64,000 nucleotides of DNA from Bacillota bacterium (GTDB lineage Bacteria; Bacillota; UBA994): assembly GCA_009773495.1 (NCBI GenBank), contig WSXW01000008.1, positions 64,050 to 128,049 of the forward strand. The letters run 5' to 3'. Shown in pieces: positions 30,003-40,082 of the stretch (position 1 is the stretch's first letter; the number at the start of each line of letters is the position of its first letter). The notes under the pieces were generated by a model. The model saw only the letters and a list, made by a program, of their open reading frames with translations. It was not told where the DNA came from and ran no database searches. A program made the position numbers and the translations under genes.

Positions 30003-30075
30003 GACATATTTCGACTATTTTCGCGGAATATGTCTTGTATAATTGGTGATACCGCTTGCCCCTAGGGGGCTGAGC

Positions 30076-30101
30076 AGGATTTTTGGGCTTTGTCGGAGAA
30101 T
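30076..30101 (+). promoter_or_regulatory. SigH-like promoter
   Basis: AGGA-N18-GAAT about 30 nt upstream of the start codon. Confidence 0.55.
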
Positions 30102-30132
30102 ATTTCGGATATTAAGATTAGGAGGCGTCGAG

Positions 30133-30921
30133 ATGCTTGAGCTTGAGCGACTGGCTTTCTTAGATGTGAATTTGGCCAGCGGACGAGTACAGTTTGGCAG
30201 TGGGTTACCTCAGGTTAACCCAGCCTGCCGGTACTTGCGGGAGGCACGGTATGCCTTTAGCGATGAGGGAGTGGAGGGCTTGGAGGAGCTCTACTATATG
30301 TATCGCGATGTGGCTAGGTGCGAAGACAGGCCGATTATCGCACAGCACGGCCTTCGTTTTGATATTACCCTCATCCCCGCGGGGTTGATTGGCCAAGAGT
30401 ATAATAAGACTGTGGGGCATTACCACCCAGTTAAGCTGGGGACTGTATATACCTATCCGGAAGTATACGAGGTACTGCATGGAGAGGCTACATACCTGCT
30501 GCAGCGCCCTAGTGTATCTAGGGGTGAGGTGGATGATGTGGCGGTAGTTGTGGCGAGGGCGGGAGACAAGGTCGTTATCCCCCCTGGGTACGGCCATATT
30601 ACTATCAATGCGGGGGTCGAACCGCTACTCATGGCCAACTGGGTAGCCTCGGAGTTTGATTCGATATATGGTGAGATTAAAGAGCTAAAGGGTGGGGCCC
30701 ACTACCTAGTAGGCAGTGGTAGGGAACCCGAGTGGATTAACAACCACAGATACATAAAGGCACCTGACATAAGGAGGGTGGAGACAAGGGACTACCCGGA
30801 GTTGGGACTATTTAGCGGGCAGCCCATGTACAAGCTAATTATTGAAGCACCGGAGAAGTTGAGGTTTTTGACCCATCCTGAAGAATATCAATGGGTTAAG
30901 CTATGTCACCTGCACAACTAG
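30133..30921 (+). CDS. Cupin (archaeal-type) glucose-6-phosphate isomerase family protein
   Basis: LYYMYRD, LRFDIT, EYNKTVGHYH, YPEVYEV, IPPGYGHITIN; ATG follows AGGAGG. Confidence 0.85.
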   Translation: MLELERLAFLDVNLASGRVQFGSGLPQVNPACRYLREARYAFSDEGVEGLEELYYMYRDVARCEDRPIIAQHGLRFDITLIPAGLIGQEYNKTVGHYHPVKLGTVYTYPEVYEVLHGEATYLLQRPSVSRGEVDDVAVVVARAGDKVVIPPGYGHITINAGVEPLLMANWVASEFDSIYGEIKELKGGAHYLVGSGREPEWINNHRYIKAPDIRRVETRDYPELGLFSGQPMYKLIIEAPEKLRFLTHPEEYQWVKLCHLHN

Positions 30922-30933
30922 GGGGAGTCATAA

Positions 30934-32787
30934 ATGAAGAAGGCAAACCGCATGGTCTTTCTAGCGGCGGTAGACGGGATTTCAATATATGCTGCTGGAT
31001 TGCTGGGGAGCACCATTATTCTTAATGGGGGTTTCTCTTTAGAGTACATAACCGTATGGACCAAACTAGCGCTGCTTATTTTGCCTATGCAGATTATGCT
31101 CAACTACTACGTAGGCCTATACTCCAAGGTGTGGACTTATGCTAGCATAGGTGAGCTTGTGAGTGTGCTAAAGGCATCTACTCTAGGTAGTGGGGCTTTG
31201 TTTGTTGTGTTGAGGTTCAATCCTAACCTAGGAATGGGGTCCCTGCGAACTTCTACGCTGTACTGGCTCTTAGCCACGGCGGTGATAGGGGCCTTGCGCT
31301 TTGCGATGCGAATACGGCGTGAAATTGTGGTAGACGCATCTGCTAAGGGCGTGAGAGCACTGATTGTGGGTGCGGGGGATGCCGGGCATATGCTGCTGCG
31401 TGAGATACAGAAGCACCCGGAGCTCAAGATTAAGGCGGTGGTGCTGGTGGATGACGAGCCCTCTAAACAAGGCATGAGCATTTGTAACGTGCCGGTGGTG
31501 GGGCCGCTAGCAGATTTAGAGATAGCCATAGACGAGCACGATATTAAACAGGTAATCCTAGCGATGCCTACGGCCAAGCCTGAGGTGGTGCGCCGGGTGG
31601 TACAGAGCTGCACTAAGCTTGGGGTGGATGTGCGGACCATGCCTGGACTGTATGAGGTTATTAATGGCTACTATACTCCTACTCGTCTGCGTGAGGTGCA
31701 GATTGAGGATCTCTTGCGTAGAGAAGTGACTAAAGTTGACTTCGCGGCGATAGGTTCGTACATAACCGGTAAGAGAGTGTTAGTTACGGGGGCAGGTGGC
31801 TCGATAGGCTCGGAGCTCTGCCGCCAAATCATGGGGTGCGGTCCAGCAGAGATAATACTACTAGGTCACGGGGAGAATAGCATCTTTAACATTCATCGTG
31901 AGTTGCTAGGCAAAGCGGGCGGTATTGCGGTGGTGCCGATTATAGCCGATGTGCAGAGCCCGCAGCGTATGAAGGGTGTGTTTGGCAAGCATAGGCCGCA
32001 AGTGGTTTTCCATGCAGCGGCGCATAAGCATGTGCCGTTGATGGAGAGCAATGCAGTTGAGGCTATTAAGAATAACGTGTGGGGAACGAGTAATGTAGCG
32101 GAGGCGGCCTCAGAATATGGGGTGGAGCGGTTTGTGCTTATCTCATCGGATAAGGCAGTAAACCCGACCAACGTTATGGGCGCTACAAAGCGCGCGGCGG
32201 AAATGGTAATACAAAAAATCAGCCTCGGTTCAGGTACTAAATTTATGGCGGTGCGTTTTGGCAATGTGCTGGGCAGTAGGGGGAGCGTTGTCCCCATATT
32301 TAAGGAGCAAATTGCCGAGGGTGGGCCGGTTACGGTAACCCATCCAGATATGGAGCGCTATTTTATGACTATACCTGAGGCCGTGTCGCTGGTGCTGCAG
32401 GCGGGTTCCATGGGGCAAGGCGGTGAAGTTTTTGTGCTCGATATGGGCAGCCCGGTTAAAATTACGGATATGGTTAGAGATCTAATAGCGTTATCGGGGC
32501 TACGGCCCGATGTGGACATTAAGATTGTGTATACAGGTATAAGACCTGGCGAAAAGATGTATGAGGAGCTGCTTACTGCCGAAGAAGGCACGGCGGCTAC
32601 CAAGCATAAGAAGATCCTGGTGGCCAAACAAGCGGCGGTGGTAGTCGAGGCGGTCAATGAAATGCTGGCGAGTCTGTCGCAGATGGTGCACGGCGACTGC
32701 GCCAATAATGCAGAAGTGATAAAACTGACTCAGCTAGCGTTGCAAAGTAAGTCGTTTGAGCAGGTGGCGGCAGCTGAGACTCAGTGA
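30934..32787 (+). CDS. Membrane-bound nucleotide-sugar 4,6-dehydratase (CapD/PglF/WbpM family)
   Basis: Four TM segments, IVGAGDAG, TGAGGSIGSELCRQ, HAAAHKHVP, VRFGNVLGSRGSV. Confidence 0.93.
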   Translation: MKKANRMVFLAAVDGISIYAAGLLGSTIILNGGFSLEYITVWTKLALLILPMQIMLNYYVGLYSKVWTYASIGELVSVLKASTLGSGALFVVLRFNPNLGMGSLRTSTLYWLLATAVIGALRFAMRIRREIVVDASAKGVRALIVGAGDAGHMLLREIQKHPELKIKAVVLVDDEPSKQGMSICNVPVVGPLADLEIAIDEHDIKQVILAMPTAKPEVVRRVVQSCTKLGVDVRTMPGLYEVINGYYTPTRLREVQIEDLLRREVTKVDFAAIGSYITGKRVLVTGAGGSIGSELCRQIMGCGPAEIILLGHGENSIFNIHRELLGKAGGIAVVPIIADVQSPQRMKGVFGKHRPQVVFHAAAHKHVPLMESNAVEAIKNNVWGTSNVAEAASEYGVERFVLISSDKAVNPTNVMGATKRAAEMVIQKISLGSGTKFMAVRFGNVLGSRGSVVPIFKEQIAEGGPVTVTHPDMERYFMTIPEAVSLVLQAGSMGQGGEVFVLDMGSPVKITDMVRDLIALSGLRPDVDIKIVYTGIRPGEKMYEELLTAEEGTAATKHKKILVAKQAAVVVEAVNEMLASLSQMVHGDCANNAEVIKLTQLALQSKSFEQVAAAETQ

Positions 32788-32816
32788 GCAGCTCGGATTG
32801 GCAAGGGGGGAGAACT

Positions 32817-35411
32817 ATGAAAAACAAAGTTCGTCCGGTTGTGGCAAAGAAAGCGGGTTGGAGCTTAAACCGTTATATAGACTACGTATGGTTTGCGGTG
32901 GTGTTTCTATTAGCTAGTGCATTACCGTGGCTTAGGGGCTTGTACTGGCCGCTGCATCGGCTGGGGGTGCAAGCGCTGCTGCTTGTTTTTATTGCATTCT
33001 GGGTGGTGGCTAAAACGGGCAAGGGACCCATAAAGGTTACACTGCTCGATGCCTTGGCGGTTGTGCTGGCCATGCTTTATGTACTGGGTATAATAACTCC
33101 GGCATCGATGAATGGGGCTATTCAGGGGGCTATTACTTGGGTTTCGCTTATGGCCCTCTTTTTGTGGGTGCGTTCGCTAAGGTTAGGGGATAAGGGCCGG
33201 GGTATTGTTGTGGGAGGCATTGCGGCGGCCGGGGTATTGTGGGCGTTGCTAGGAATGGCTGCGCATAACAGTCTGATTAAGTTTCCGATCTGGTTTCAGG
33301 GGGCTCGTCTAGCGGCAGGCTTTGAGTATCCTAATGCAGCAGCGGGCTTTTACCTTATGGCCCTAGTGCTGTGCCTGTACTCGGGCTTTGTGTCGGAGAG
33401 TAAAAGAGTCAAGTGGGGGTATGCTGCGGGGGCGGTTGTGCTCCTTGTTGCTTTGCTGCTTACACAGTCGCGTGGGGCGTGGCTGGGGCTCGCCATAACC
33501 TTGTTGCTCTCATTGTGGTGGTTGAGAGCAAGGGCAGTAGATTTTGCGGTGCAGGCAGGCCTGATTCTCGCTGTGGGGTTAGCTACAGCAGGGTTAGTAA
33601 TGGCTAGGCCGAGTGTTCTGAGTATGGGCCTGTCCCTGTTAGCGGCGGTAATTTGCGGTGGATTGGTTTCATTGATAAGACCGCTGGGTGTACGCAAGAG
33701 TGTGGCTGTTATTGGCGGTATCTGCATATTGCTGCTAGCTGGGGTGCTGTGGCTAACGATGAGTCCAAACGTTTATACATTGAAAAATATTACAAAGGAT
33801 GTAGTATGGCAAACAATTACATACGGTGCGGGCCAGCTACCTGCCGGGGATTATAGGTTTGAAGGAACGTTTAAATTGGCAGCACAGGGTGATCAGCCCG
33901 CCACCGGGCATGTTGCAGTGCAGGTTATAGGTGCAGATAACAAGGGCACCGCGGTTGGCTATGGAAGCTTCGCTGAGAGCGGTTCGTCAAGAGCGGTGAA
34001 TTTTACTGTTCCTCCCGGGGTTAAGCGAGTAGAAGCTGTTTTTTCTTCAGGGCAGCCCCAGACTACAGTCACACTTGAAAATCCACGGATAGTCGGCGCA
34101 AGAAGTGTCACGTTAAAACACTACTTGCATAAAGCCCTTCCGCACTCAATTGCGGCGAGGCTTTCGCAGATGAGCTGGAGGAGCTTGGCTGCAGACGGAC
34201 GCCTCGTGTTCATTGAGGATGGTCTTAAGGCCGTCAGGCAAAAGCCGGTCTTTGGCTTTGGCGGGGGTGCGTGGAATGCAGTTTATCATGGCGTTCAGAG
34301 CTACTTCTATGGCTCAGGGCGAGCCCACGCTGACTGGTTGGACATAACCCTAGAGGTTGGAATAGTGGGGCTTTTGATCTATTTGGCTATAGTTATCGGG
34401 TCGCTGATGCCGTTTGTTAGACGGGAGCAAGTGAATTCCAAGCTTGGGCTTGGCATGGCTTCGCTCGCGATTTTTGTACATTCTTTTGGCGAGGCCCTGC
34501 TGGCGTTTCCGTCTAGCTACTATTTTCTGACAATCTTGCTGGGGGTCTTATCGTCACGGGAGACAGAACGCCAGATAGTGTTTTTACCTAAGATTAAGGG
34601 CCTGAAAGCATCGACCCTCGTAGCAATCATGTTGTGCGCATGTGTTACAGTCGGATTTTGGCTAGCTGAGGTCGAACTACAGGCCTTGTTTAGCGAGAAA
34701 AAAGAGATGGAGAGTGTGAGCGCACTAAAGTCCATAGATAGAGTGCTCCTTTTTAACCCATACAGTTTTAACGCAATGATGACTAAGCTAGACTTTTTAA
34801 GCCAGTTGCCAAACAATCGCAACGAATACGGAGCAATACTGAAGCGTGCGCAATACTTAGAGCCGCACGATCCTAGGGTCCCAAACATGCTCGGATGGCA
34901 TTACTTGCTGACCGCGCACTTTAGTGACGCATTAGTTCAATTTCAAAGAGGAAAGAGTCTGCAGCCCTACAATGTGCAAGGCTATGAGATGCTGGCTATA
35001 GCGGGGGCCCGCGCTGCTTTTAGCTCTGCCGCGAGTGGAGACGGTGCGTGGCAGGGCTTTGCGGAGACGGTTATTGATGTAGAGCAGGAGTTTTTAGAGA
35101 CGCGTAATGCCGCTCGGCAGGCACTGCTTCCGCTTAGCATAGTGCCTTTTGAGCAGGGGCAACCGTTTATGTTTGCTGTTGGCGCGGCACACGCTTTGCT
35201 TGGCAACTTCGATGCCGCACGGACTTCATTTAGTAAGGCCTTGGAGGGTTCCGACCAAACCTTGCGGGATAGGTCGACATTGTGGCTTGCCTGGGGCCTG
35301 CTCAGGCAGGGTGACAATGTACAGCCTCTAACAATGATTGAGCGGTTGTTGTCGCAGGAGGCATATCTGGAGGAGTGGAATGCATTGCTTAAGATAAGCG
35401 GCGGAAAATAA
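32817..35411 (+). CDS. O-antigen ligase family protein with an extracellular beta-domain and TPR-like C-terminus (candidate O-oligosaccharyltransferase)
   Basis: RLAAGFEYPN, TQSRGAW, FGFGGGAW, RAHADWL..EVGIVG (Wzy_C); helical C-terminus. Confidence 0.8.
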   Translation: MKNKVRPVVAKKAGWSLNRYIDYVWFAVVFLLASALPWLRGLYWPLHRLGVQALLLVFIAFWVVAKTGKGPIKVTLLDALAVVLAMLYVLGIITPASMNGAIQGAITWVSLMALFLWVRSLRLGDKGRGIVVGGIAAAGVLWALLGMAAHNSLIKFPIWFQGARLAAGFEYPNAAAGFYLMALVLCLYSGFVSESKRVKWGYAAGAVVLLVALLLTQSRGAWLGLAITLLLSLWWLRARAVDFAVQAGLILAVGLATAGLVMARPSVLSMGLSLLAAVICGGLVSLIRPLGVRKSVAVIGGICILLLAGVLWLTMSPNVYTLKNITKDVVWQTITYGAGQLPAGDYRFEGTFKLAAQGDQPATGHVAVQVIGADNKGTAVGYGSFAESGSSRAVNFTVPPGVKRVEAVFSSGQPQTTVTLENPRIVGARSVTLKHYLHKALPHSIAARLSQMSWRSLAADGRLVFIEDGLKAVRQKPVFGFGGGAWNAVYHGVQSYFYGSGRAHADWLDITLEVGIVGLLIYLAIVIGSLMPFVRREQVNSKLGLGMASLAIFVHSFGEALLAFPSSYYFLTILLGVLSSRETERQIVFLPKIKGLKASTLVAIMLCACVTVGFWLAEVELQALFSEKKEMESVSALKSIDRVLLFNPYSFNAMMTKLDFLSQLPNNRNEYGAILKRAQYLEPHDPRVPNMLGWHYLLTAHFSDALVQFQRGKSLQPYNVQGYEMLAIAGARAAFSSAASGDGAWQGFAETVIDVEQEFLETRNAARQALLPLSIVPFEQGQPFMFAVGAAHALLGNFDAARTSFSKALEGSDQTLRDRSTLWLAWGLLRQGDNVQPLTMIERLLSQEAYLEEWNALLKISGGK

Positions 35412-35688
35412 CGCTACAAGTCAAAATTTCTTTTGTTACGGTATCCTTACAAGAACAATTGAAAAATTGTTTGAGAGTTTTGGGCATAATATACTAATCA
35501 TAGTCCAAGGAAAACAGGGAGTTGCTTTTGTTTGTACTAGGTAAGTTCCCTGTGCCTCTTGTGAATCAAGCTTTCTCCCGAGTGCCCTAACGAGGGGTGC
35601 GAGGTCGATCATCAGGGTTGAAGCTACGGGCGCAGGTTGTATCCGGGACGCGAACTGATAAACAATTCAAAGGAGGGAAACTTTACTA

Positions 35689-38600
35689 ATGAAGAAGATA
35701 TTTGCTCTTCTATTAAGCGTAGCGATGGTTGCTAGCTTGTTTGTAGGCGTAGCTTTTGCGGCTGGCGGCACTTACACCGTAGCCTACAAAACTGGCGCAT
35801 CTACTGCGGCTGGCGCTAACTCTACTCTAGTATTTACTGTAACTCCGCCCGTAAGTGGCACAGCCACAACAGTCAAAGTCGACTTTGCGGCTAGCGGTTT
35901 CGTGCCCATCGGCGCTGCTACCTGGGCCGGCAGTACCAACGTTACCTCGAATATTGTAGGCAACGTTATCACCATCGCTCGCACCGAAAATATAACTACA
36001 GGCACTGTTGAAATCCCTGTTCGCAACCCGCTGACTGCTAAGGTAGTCAACCAAGCGGTTTCTGCCGATGCTTTTGTAGTTACCACTGGCACCCCACCTA
36101 CTGCCCTCGTAGTTGCTACTTCTGTTAGCGTTCTTAATGTTAACTACACAGTTACCCCTAGCATAACCACACCCGTTATCGGTGGAACATCTACTGTTTC
36201 TTTCAATGTTACCCAAGGCGGGGCTGCTGTAACTGACGCCTTAGTTTACAATTTTTACAGAGGATTGACCCTGTTGACTCACGGCTCTACCTCTACTGGC
36301 AACTTCAGTGCAGCTATTTCCTTCACTGCTGAACCCGGTGCTTTTTCTCAAGAGTACACCGTTAACGTTGCAAAGGCTACTGACACTACTGTCACTGGCA
36401 GTACAAAGCTTACAGCTCTTTACAACCTCACTGTTGACGGCATTACCACAGTTAAGTATCTCGACGCTCGCACTCTCACCGGCAGGCTTACCAATGCTGC
36501 TGGCACGGGCATTGCTAACGCTCCCATAACTCTTCGCAACAAGACAAACGCTTCTGATGTAGCTAATGCTACCACAGCTGCTGACGGCTCCTTCGCTATG
36601 ACCGCAGTGTTCGCTGATGCTGCTGTTTATGCATTCAACGTCGGGACTGTTGAGTATTCTACATTTACCGTTGCTGGACTTGACCTCACAGTAGCAGCAG
36701 CGCCTACCTCCATCGTGAAGACTCTCGGCACAACTGCTATGACCTTCACTGTGAGGCTTCCTGGCACCACAACCACTCCTACAAATGCAAATCCTGAGAT
36801 CCGCATCCTCAATCCAGACGGCACTGTCCGTCTAGATTGGACCTCTACTTTGGTATGGTCCGCTCCAGCTGACCTAGCTACCGGTACCTACAAGGTAGAA
36901 GCTCGCTGGGAAGATACTGCTAACGGTAACACCCCTACGGTTTCTGACCGTACCGGTTCTACCACCTTTGCAGTAACGAATCCTTCCAAGCTCAACGTAT
37001 CCTATGCTCCTACTGTCGCTGTCGACGGCGTACTCACCGTTGGTGCTAATGGCGTAGCCATCACCATCCGTGACGTTGCTGGCGCTGGTTTCGTGGGCGC
37101 TACTGCCACCGCAGCTCAAATTAAGCAGGTTCTTATCACTGTTACTGGCCCTCTCACATCGGCAGTAACTATTAATACCGCTGTTACTGCTCCTGGTGCG
37201 GCGGCTCCTTGGAATGGCTCCCTAATTACTGTAACCCCCACGTTCAACATCGAACAAGCTGGCAACATCGTTGTTACTGGTACAGTGACCTTCGGTGACA
37301 ACTCCACGGAGACCTTCACCAGGACCTATACCAACAACGGCTGGATTGTTACAACTGAGAAGGTTCTCGGCACTGTTGGCGACGTAGTAACCCTCCGCGC
37401 AGTAGTTACTACCGCTGCTGGAGTACCAGTTAACAATGCTATCGTTACTTGGACTGGCGTAGCCAACGCCTTCTTGACCGCGAAGGACGCTGCCGGCGTC
37501 TGGATTACCCCAGCTGCCGCAGTACCTGTTGATGGGTCCATTACAAACATCAACAACGGCGTATACGAAAAGGAAGTTAAGCTCAATACGAACGGTGATG
37601 TAACAGTTGGTGTGACCACCACTGCCCTTGCCGCTCGCGCTTCTCTTGTAGCTAATATTACCGGCCAAAACGTTTACACCGTAACTCCTAGCGTCTCTTC
37701 CGTAATTGCAACGCTTGCTACCCAGACCGTCAGGGTTGCTGTTACTAACGCTTCCGGCGCTGCTATGACCAACCTCCAGGCTCTTGATGTAACTGGTTCT
37801 ACCGGCGTTCTAGCGGCTCCTCTCGCTATCACTGATGCTACCATGTACGATGCAAATGCCGACGGCATTGTGGATGGCTACCAGTTCAGCGTTTCTCCGC
37901 TGGCTAGCGGTACCCTCACCATTACTGCTAAGACCGATAACGGCAACAAAATTGGCGTTGGGACCGTAGCTGTAGTAGCTCCTGGCGTTACCGTAACTGC
38001 TGCTGCTAAGGCTACTCAGAACGTAACTGAAAAGCTCAATGTTAAGGTTAACGACATGACCGGTACCCCTGCAGCAGCTCGCCCGATCTCCGTTAGGGTT
38101 ACTGCAGTCGGCGCATTCATGGAGCTCAAGACTGACGTTGCCACACCTGTTATACTCACAAATGGTACAGTTGAGAACCAAGCCCACCTAGTAGCTGCAG
38201 CTGCCGCTGAGCACAAGCTTCTAGTTACCGCTTGGGACTTTGTAGAAGCTACCCCCGTTGCTCCTCTTGTACGCGTAGAAGTCAGCTACAATGGCACAAA
38301 CTGGGTCAAGGCTGCTGACCTCGCTGTAACTCCTCTTGACATCACACTCAATAGCGACACCATTTTCGTAGGTGGCGTTAACAAGATCGATGCTACCGTT
38401 ACCGACGCTCACGGCGTAGCTTACGCTGGCAAGGCTGTTGCTGTTGCTGGTTCTACCGGCACAACCGATGCTAATGGTAAGGTCAGCCTGTTTGTTAACC
38501 CAAGCAGCACTGGCACCGCTACTCTTACCGTCGCAACCAGCCGCACTGGTGTAACCGCTAACAAGACGATCACCATCACTGCTGACAGCGTGAAGCCTGC

Positions 38601-39516
38601 TGTGGCTATCACCTCGGCTCCTGTTTCCGAAAAGGCTACCTATCTGCTGACGGGTACTTTCTCTGATAACCTCGGCGTAGCCAATATCTACGTAAACGGC
38701 GCCCCAATTCCGTTTATCGCAGCTCTTGGTACATTTGAGAGGACAGTTACCCTCGTAGATGGCGCCAATGTGTTCACAGTATTCGCCTTTGATGCAGCAG
38801 GCAATGGTGCCACGACCTCAATTACCGTTTCTTATGCTGCACCAATTACTCCTGCTCCAGTAAAAGATACTACCCTGCCGACCATTGTGATCGCCGCTCC
38901 AGCTACCGTTGCCACCGACTTTACGGTTGTTACCGTGACGGCTACCGACGCTGGCGGACTCGCACAAGTTGTTATCAACAATGTGCCGAAGTTCTTCATC
39001 CCTGGCAACACTGCAGTTGTAACCGAGCGGATCTCCCTCAATGAAGGTCCAAACGTAGTGACTGTAAATGTTGCCGACGTGGCTGGCAACTGGGCTACTT
39101 CGACGAGGACTATCACTTATACTAAGCCTACACCTCCTCCTGCTCCAGTTCCTGTAACGCACGTTATCACCATCGGCAAGGCTGATCCTGCCTTCGGTCT
39201 TGACGTACCTGCAGTAGCTAAGAATGGCCGCCTCATGGTTCCCTTCCGTTGGTTCGGCGAACGCATCCTCGGCGCTACAGTTGACTATAAGGTAGTTGCC
39301 GGTGTTGAGATCGTAACCCTCCATAAGGGTGGCACCCATGTTGAGCTAACCCTCAACAGCGCTATCGCTAAGGTTAACGGAGTTGCTGTTGCTCTTGATG
39401 TAGCTGCTTACGCTGAAGCTGGCCGTACACTCGTTCCGGCTCGCTTCCTAGCTGAAGCATTCGGCTACAAGATTGAGTGGCATCCCGCTACCAACAACGT
39501 TACCATCACCAAGTAG
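35689..39516 (+). CDS. Large secreted S-layer-like protein: tandem Ig-like domains and a C-terminal copper-amine-oxidase-N-terminal-like (stalk) domain
   Basis: Signal peptide ending AFA; Thr/Ala/Val-rich with no Cys; Pro-rich linkers; twin GRLMVPFRW / GRTLVPARF motifs; strong codon bias; long leader; strong terminator. Confidence 0.8.
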   Translation: MKKIFALLLSVAMVASLFVGVAFAAGGTYTVAYKTGASTAAGANSTLVFTVTPPVSGTATTVKVDFAASGFVPIGAATWAGSTNVTSNIVGNVITIARTENITTGTVEIPVRNPLTAKVVNQAVSADAFVVTTGTPPTALVVATSVSVLNVNYTVTPSITTPVIGGTSTVSFNVTQGGAAVTDALVYNFYRGLTLLTHGSTSTGNFSAAISFTAEPGAFSQEYTVNVAKATDTTVTGSTKLTALYNLTVDGITTVKYLDARTLTGRLTNAAGTGIANAPITLRNKTNASDVANATTAADGSFAMTAVFADAAVYAFNVGTVEYSTFTVAGLDLTVAAAPTSIVKTLGTTAMTFTVRLPGTTTTPTNANPEIRILNPDGTVRLDWTSTLVWSAPADLATGTYKVEARWEDTANGNTPTVSDRTGSTTFAVTNPSKLNVSYAPTVAVDGVLTVGANGVAITIRDVAGAGFVGATATAAQIKQVLITVTGPLTSAVTINTAVTAPGAAAPWNGSLITVTPTFNIEQAGNIVVTGTVTFGDNSTETFTRTYTNNGWIVTTEKVLGTVGDVVTLRAVVTTAAGVPVNNAIVTWTGVANAFLTAKDAAGVWITPAAAVPVDGSITNINNGVYEKEVKLNTNGDVTVGVTTTALAARASLVANITGQNVYTVTPSVSSVIATLATQTVRVAVTNASGAAMTNLQALDVTGSTGVLAAPLAITDATMYDANADGIVDGYQFSVSPLASGTLTITAKTDNGNKIGVGTVAVVAPGVTVTAAAKATQNVTEKLNVKVNDMTGTPAAARPISVRVTAVGAFMELKTDVATPVILTNGTVENQAHLVAAAAAEHKLLVTAWDFVEATPVAPLVRVEVSYNGTNWVKAADLAVTPLDITLNSDTIFVGGVNKIDATVTDAHGVAYAGKAVAVAGSTGTTDANGKVSLFVNPSSTGTATLTVATSRTGVTANKTITITADSVKPAVAITSAPVSEKATYLLTGTFSDNLGVANIYVNGAPIPFIAALGTFERTVTLVDGANVFTVFAFDAAGNGATTSITVSYAAPITPAPVKDTTLPTIVIAAPATVATDFTVVTVTATDAGGLAQVVINNVPKFFIPGNTAVVTERISLNEGPNVVTVNVADVAGNWATSTRTITYTKPTPPPAPVPVTHVITIGKADPAFGLDVPAVAKNGRLMVPFRWFGERILGATVDYKVVAGVEIVTLHKGGTHVELTLNSAIAKVNGVAVALDVAAYAEAGRTLVPARFLAEAFGYKIEWHPATNNVTITK

Positions 39517-39530
39517 ACCCTCCTCGGCAT

Positions 39531-39563
39531 AGCAAAGACCCCCGCAAGGGGGTCTTTGCTTTT
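39531..39563 (+). terminator. Rho-independent terminator
   Basis: AGCAAAGACCCCC-GCAA-GGGGGTCTTTGCT followed by T tract. Confidence 0.9.
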
Positions 39564-39621
39564 AAGGACAGGGACTGGACAAAGGGGATGGTTCTTTTTG
39601 TTTGCTCTGTTGCTATTTAGA

Positions 39622-39662
39622 AGGAAAGAGCAGGGCTGAGGTAGAATAGGTAATGCTAGACA
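39622..39662 (+). promoter_or_regulatory. SigH-like promoter with a downstream box shared with the atoD promoter
   Basis: AGGA-N18-GAAT; TAGAATAGGTAAT-GCTAGACA recurs at 44305-44326. Confidence 0.6.
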
Positions 39663-39686
39663 AGTATCGGGAGGTGCTCATATATA

Positions 39687-40082
39687 ATGAAAGCAATGAT
39701 TAGACTGCGCATAAGTTTGCACGAGGCCCACTATGGGGGAGGCCTTGTGGATGGGGCCAGAATCTTAGCCCTGTTCGGCGATGTGGCTACCGAGCTGCTG
39801 ATCCGTCACGACGGCGACGAAGGCCTCTTTGTCGCCTACGATATGGTAGAGTTTAAGGCCCCGACCTTCGCCGGCGATTATATCGAAGTCCACGGGGAGA
39901 TCACCAAAGTAGGGAATACCTCGCGGAAAATGGAGTTTGCGGCGTACAAGGTGATTAGGGCGCTTAACGACCCCGAGAATCCCTCCGCAGCGGAAGTCCT
40001 GGATGAGCCGATGCTGGTGTGTAGGGCGAGTGGGACGTGTGTGGTTCCGGCTGCGAAGCAGCGAATTAAACATGAATCATGA
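39687..40082 (+). CDS. kal: 3-aminobutyryl-CoA ammonia lyase (hotdog fold)
   Basis: [36 protein letters not shown]; next to kce. Confidence 0.9.
   Translation: MKAMIRLRISLHEAHYGGGLVDGARILALFGDVATELLIRHDGDEGLFVAYDMVEFKAPTFAGDYIEVHGEITKVGNTSRKMEFAAYKVIRALNDPENPSAAEVLDEPMLVCRASGTCVVPAAKQRIKHES

Noticed and set aside
35560..35660. c-di-AMP or other known riboswitch in the surface-protein leader
   Set aside because: I could not find the conserved cores; kept only as a generic structured leader
35784..39339. Many antisense ORFs over the surface-protein gene and other long genes
   Set aside because: Expected shadows of biased codon usage; no RBS or family motifs
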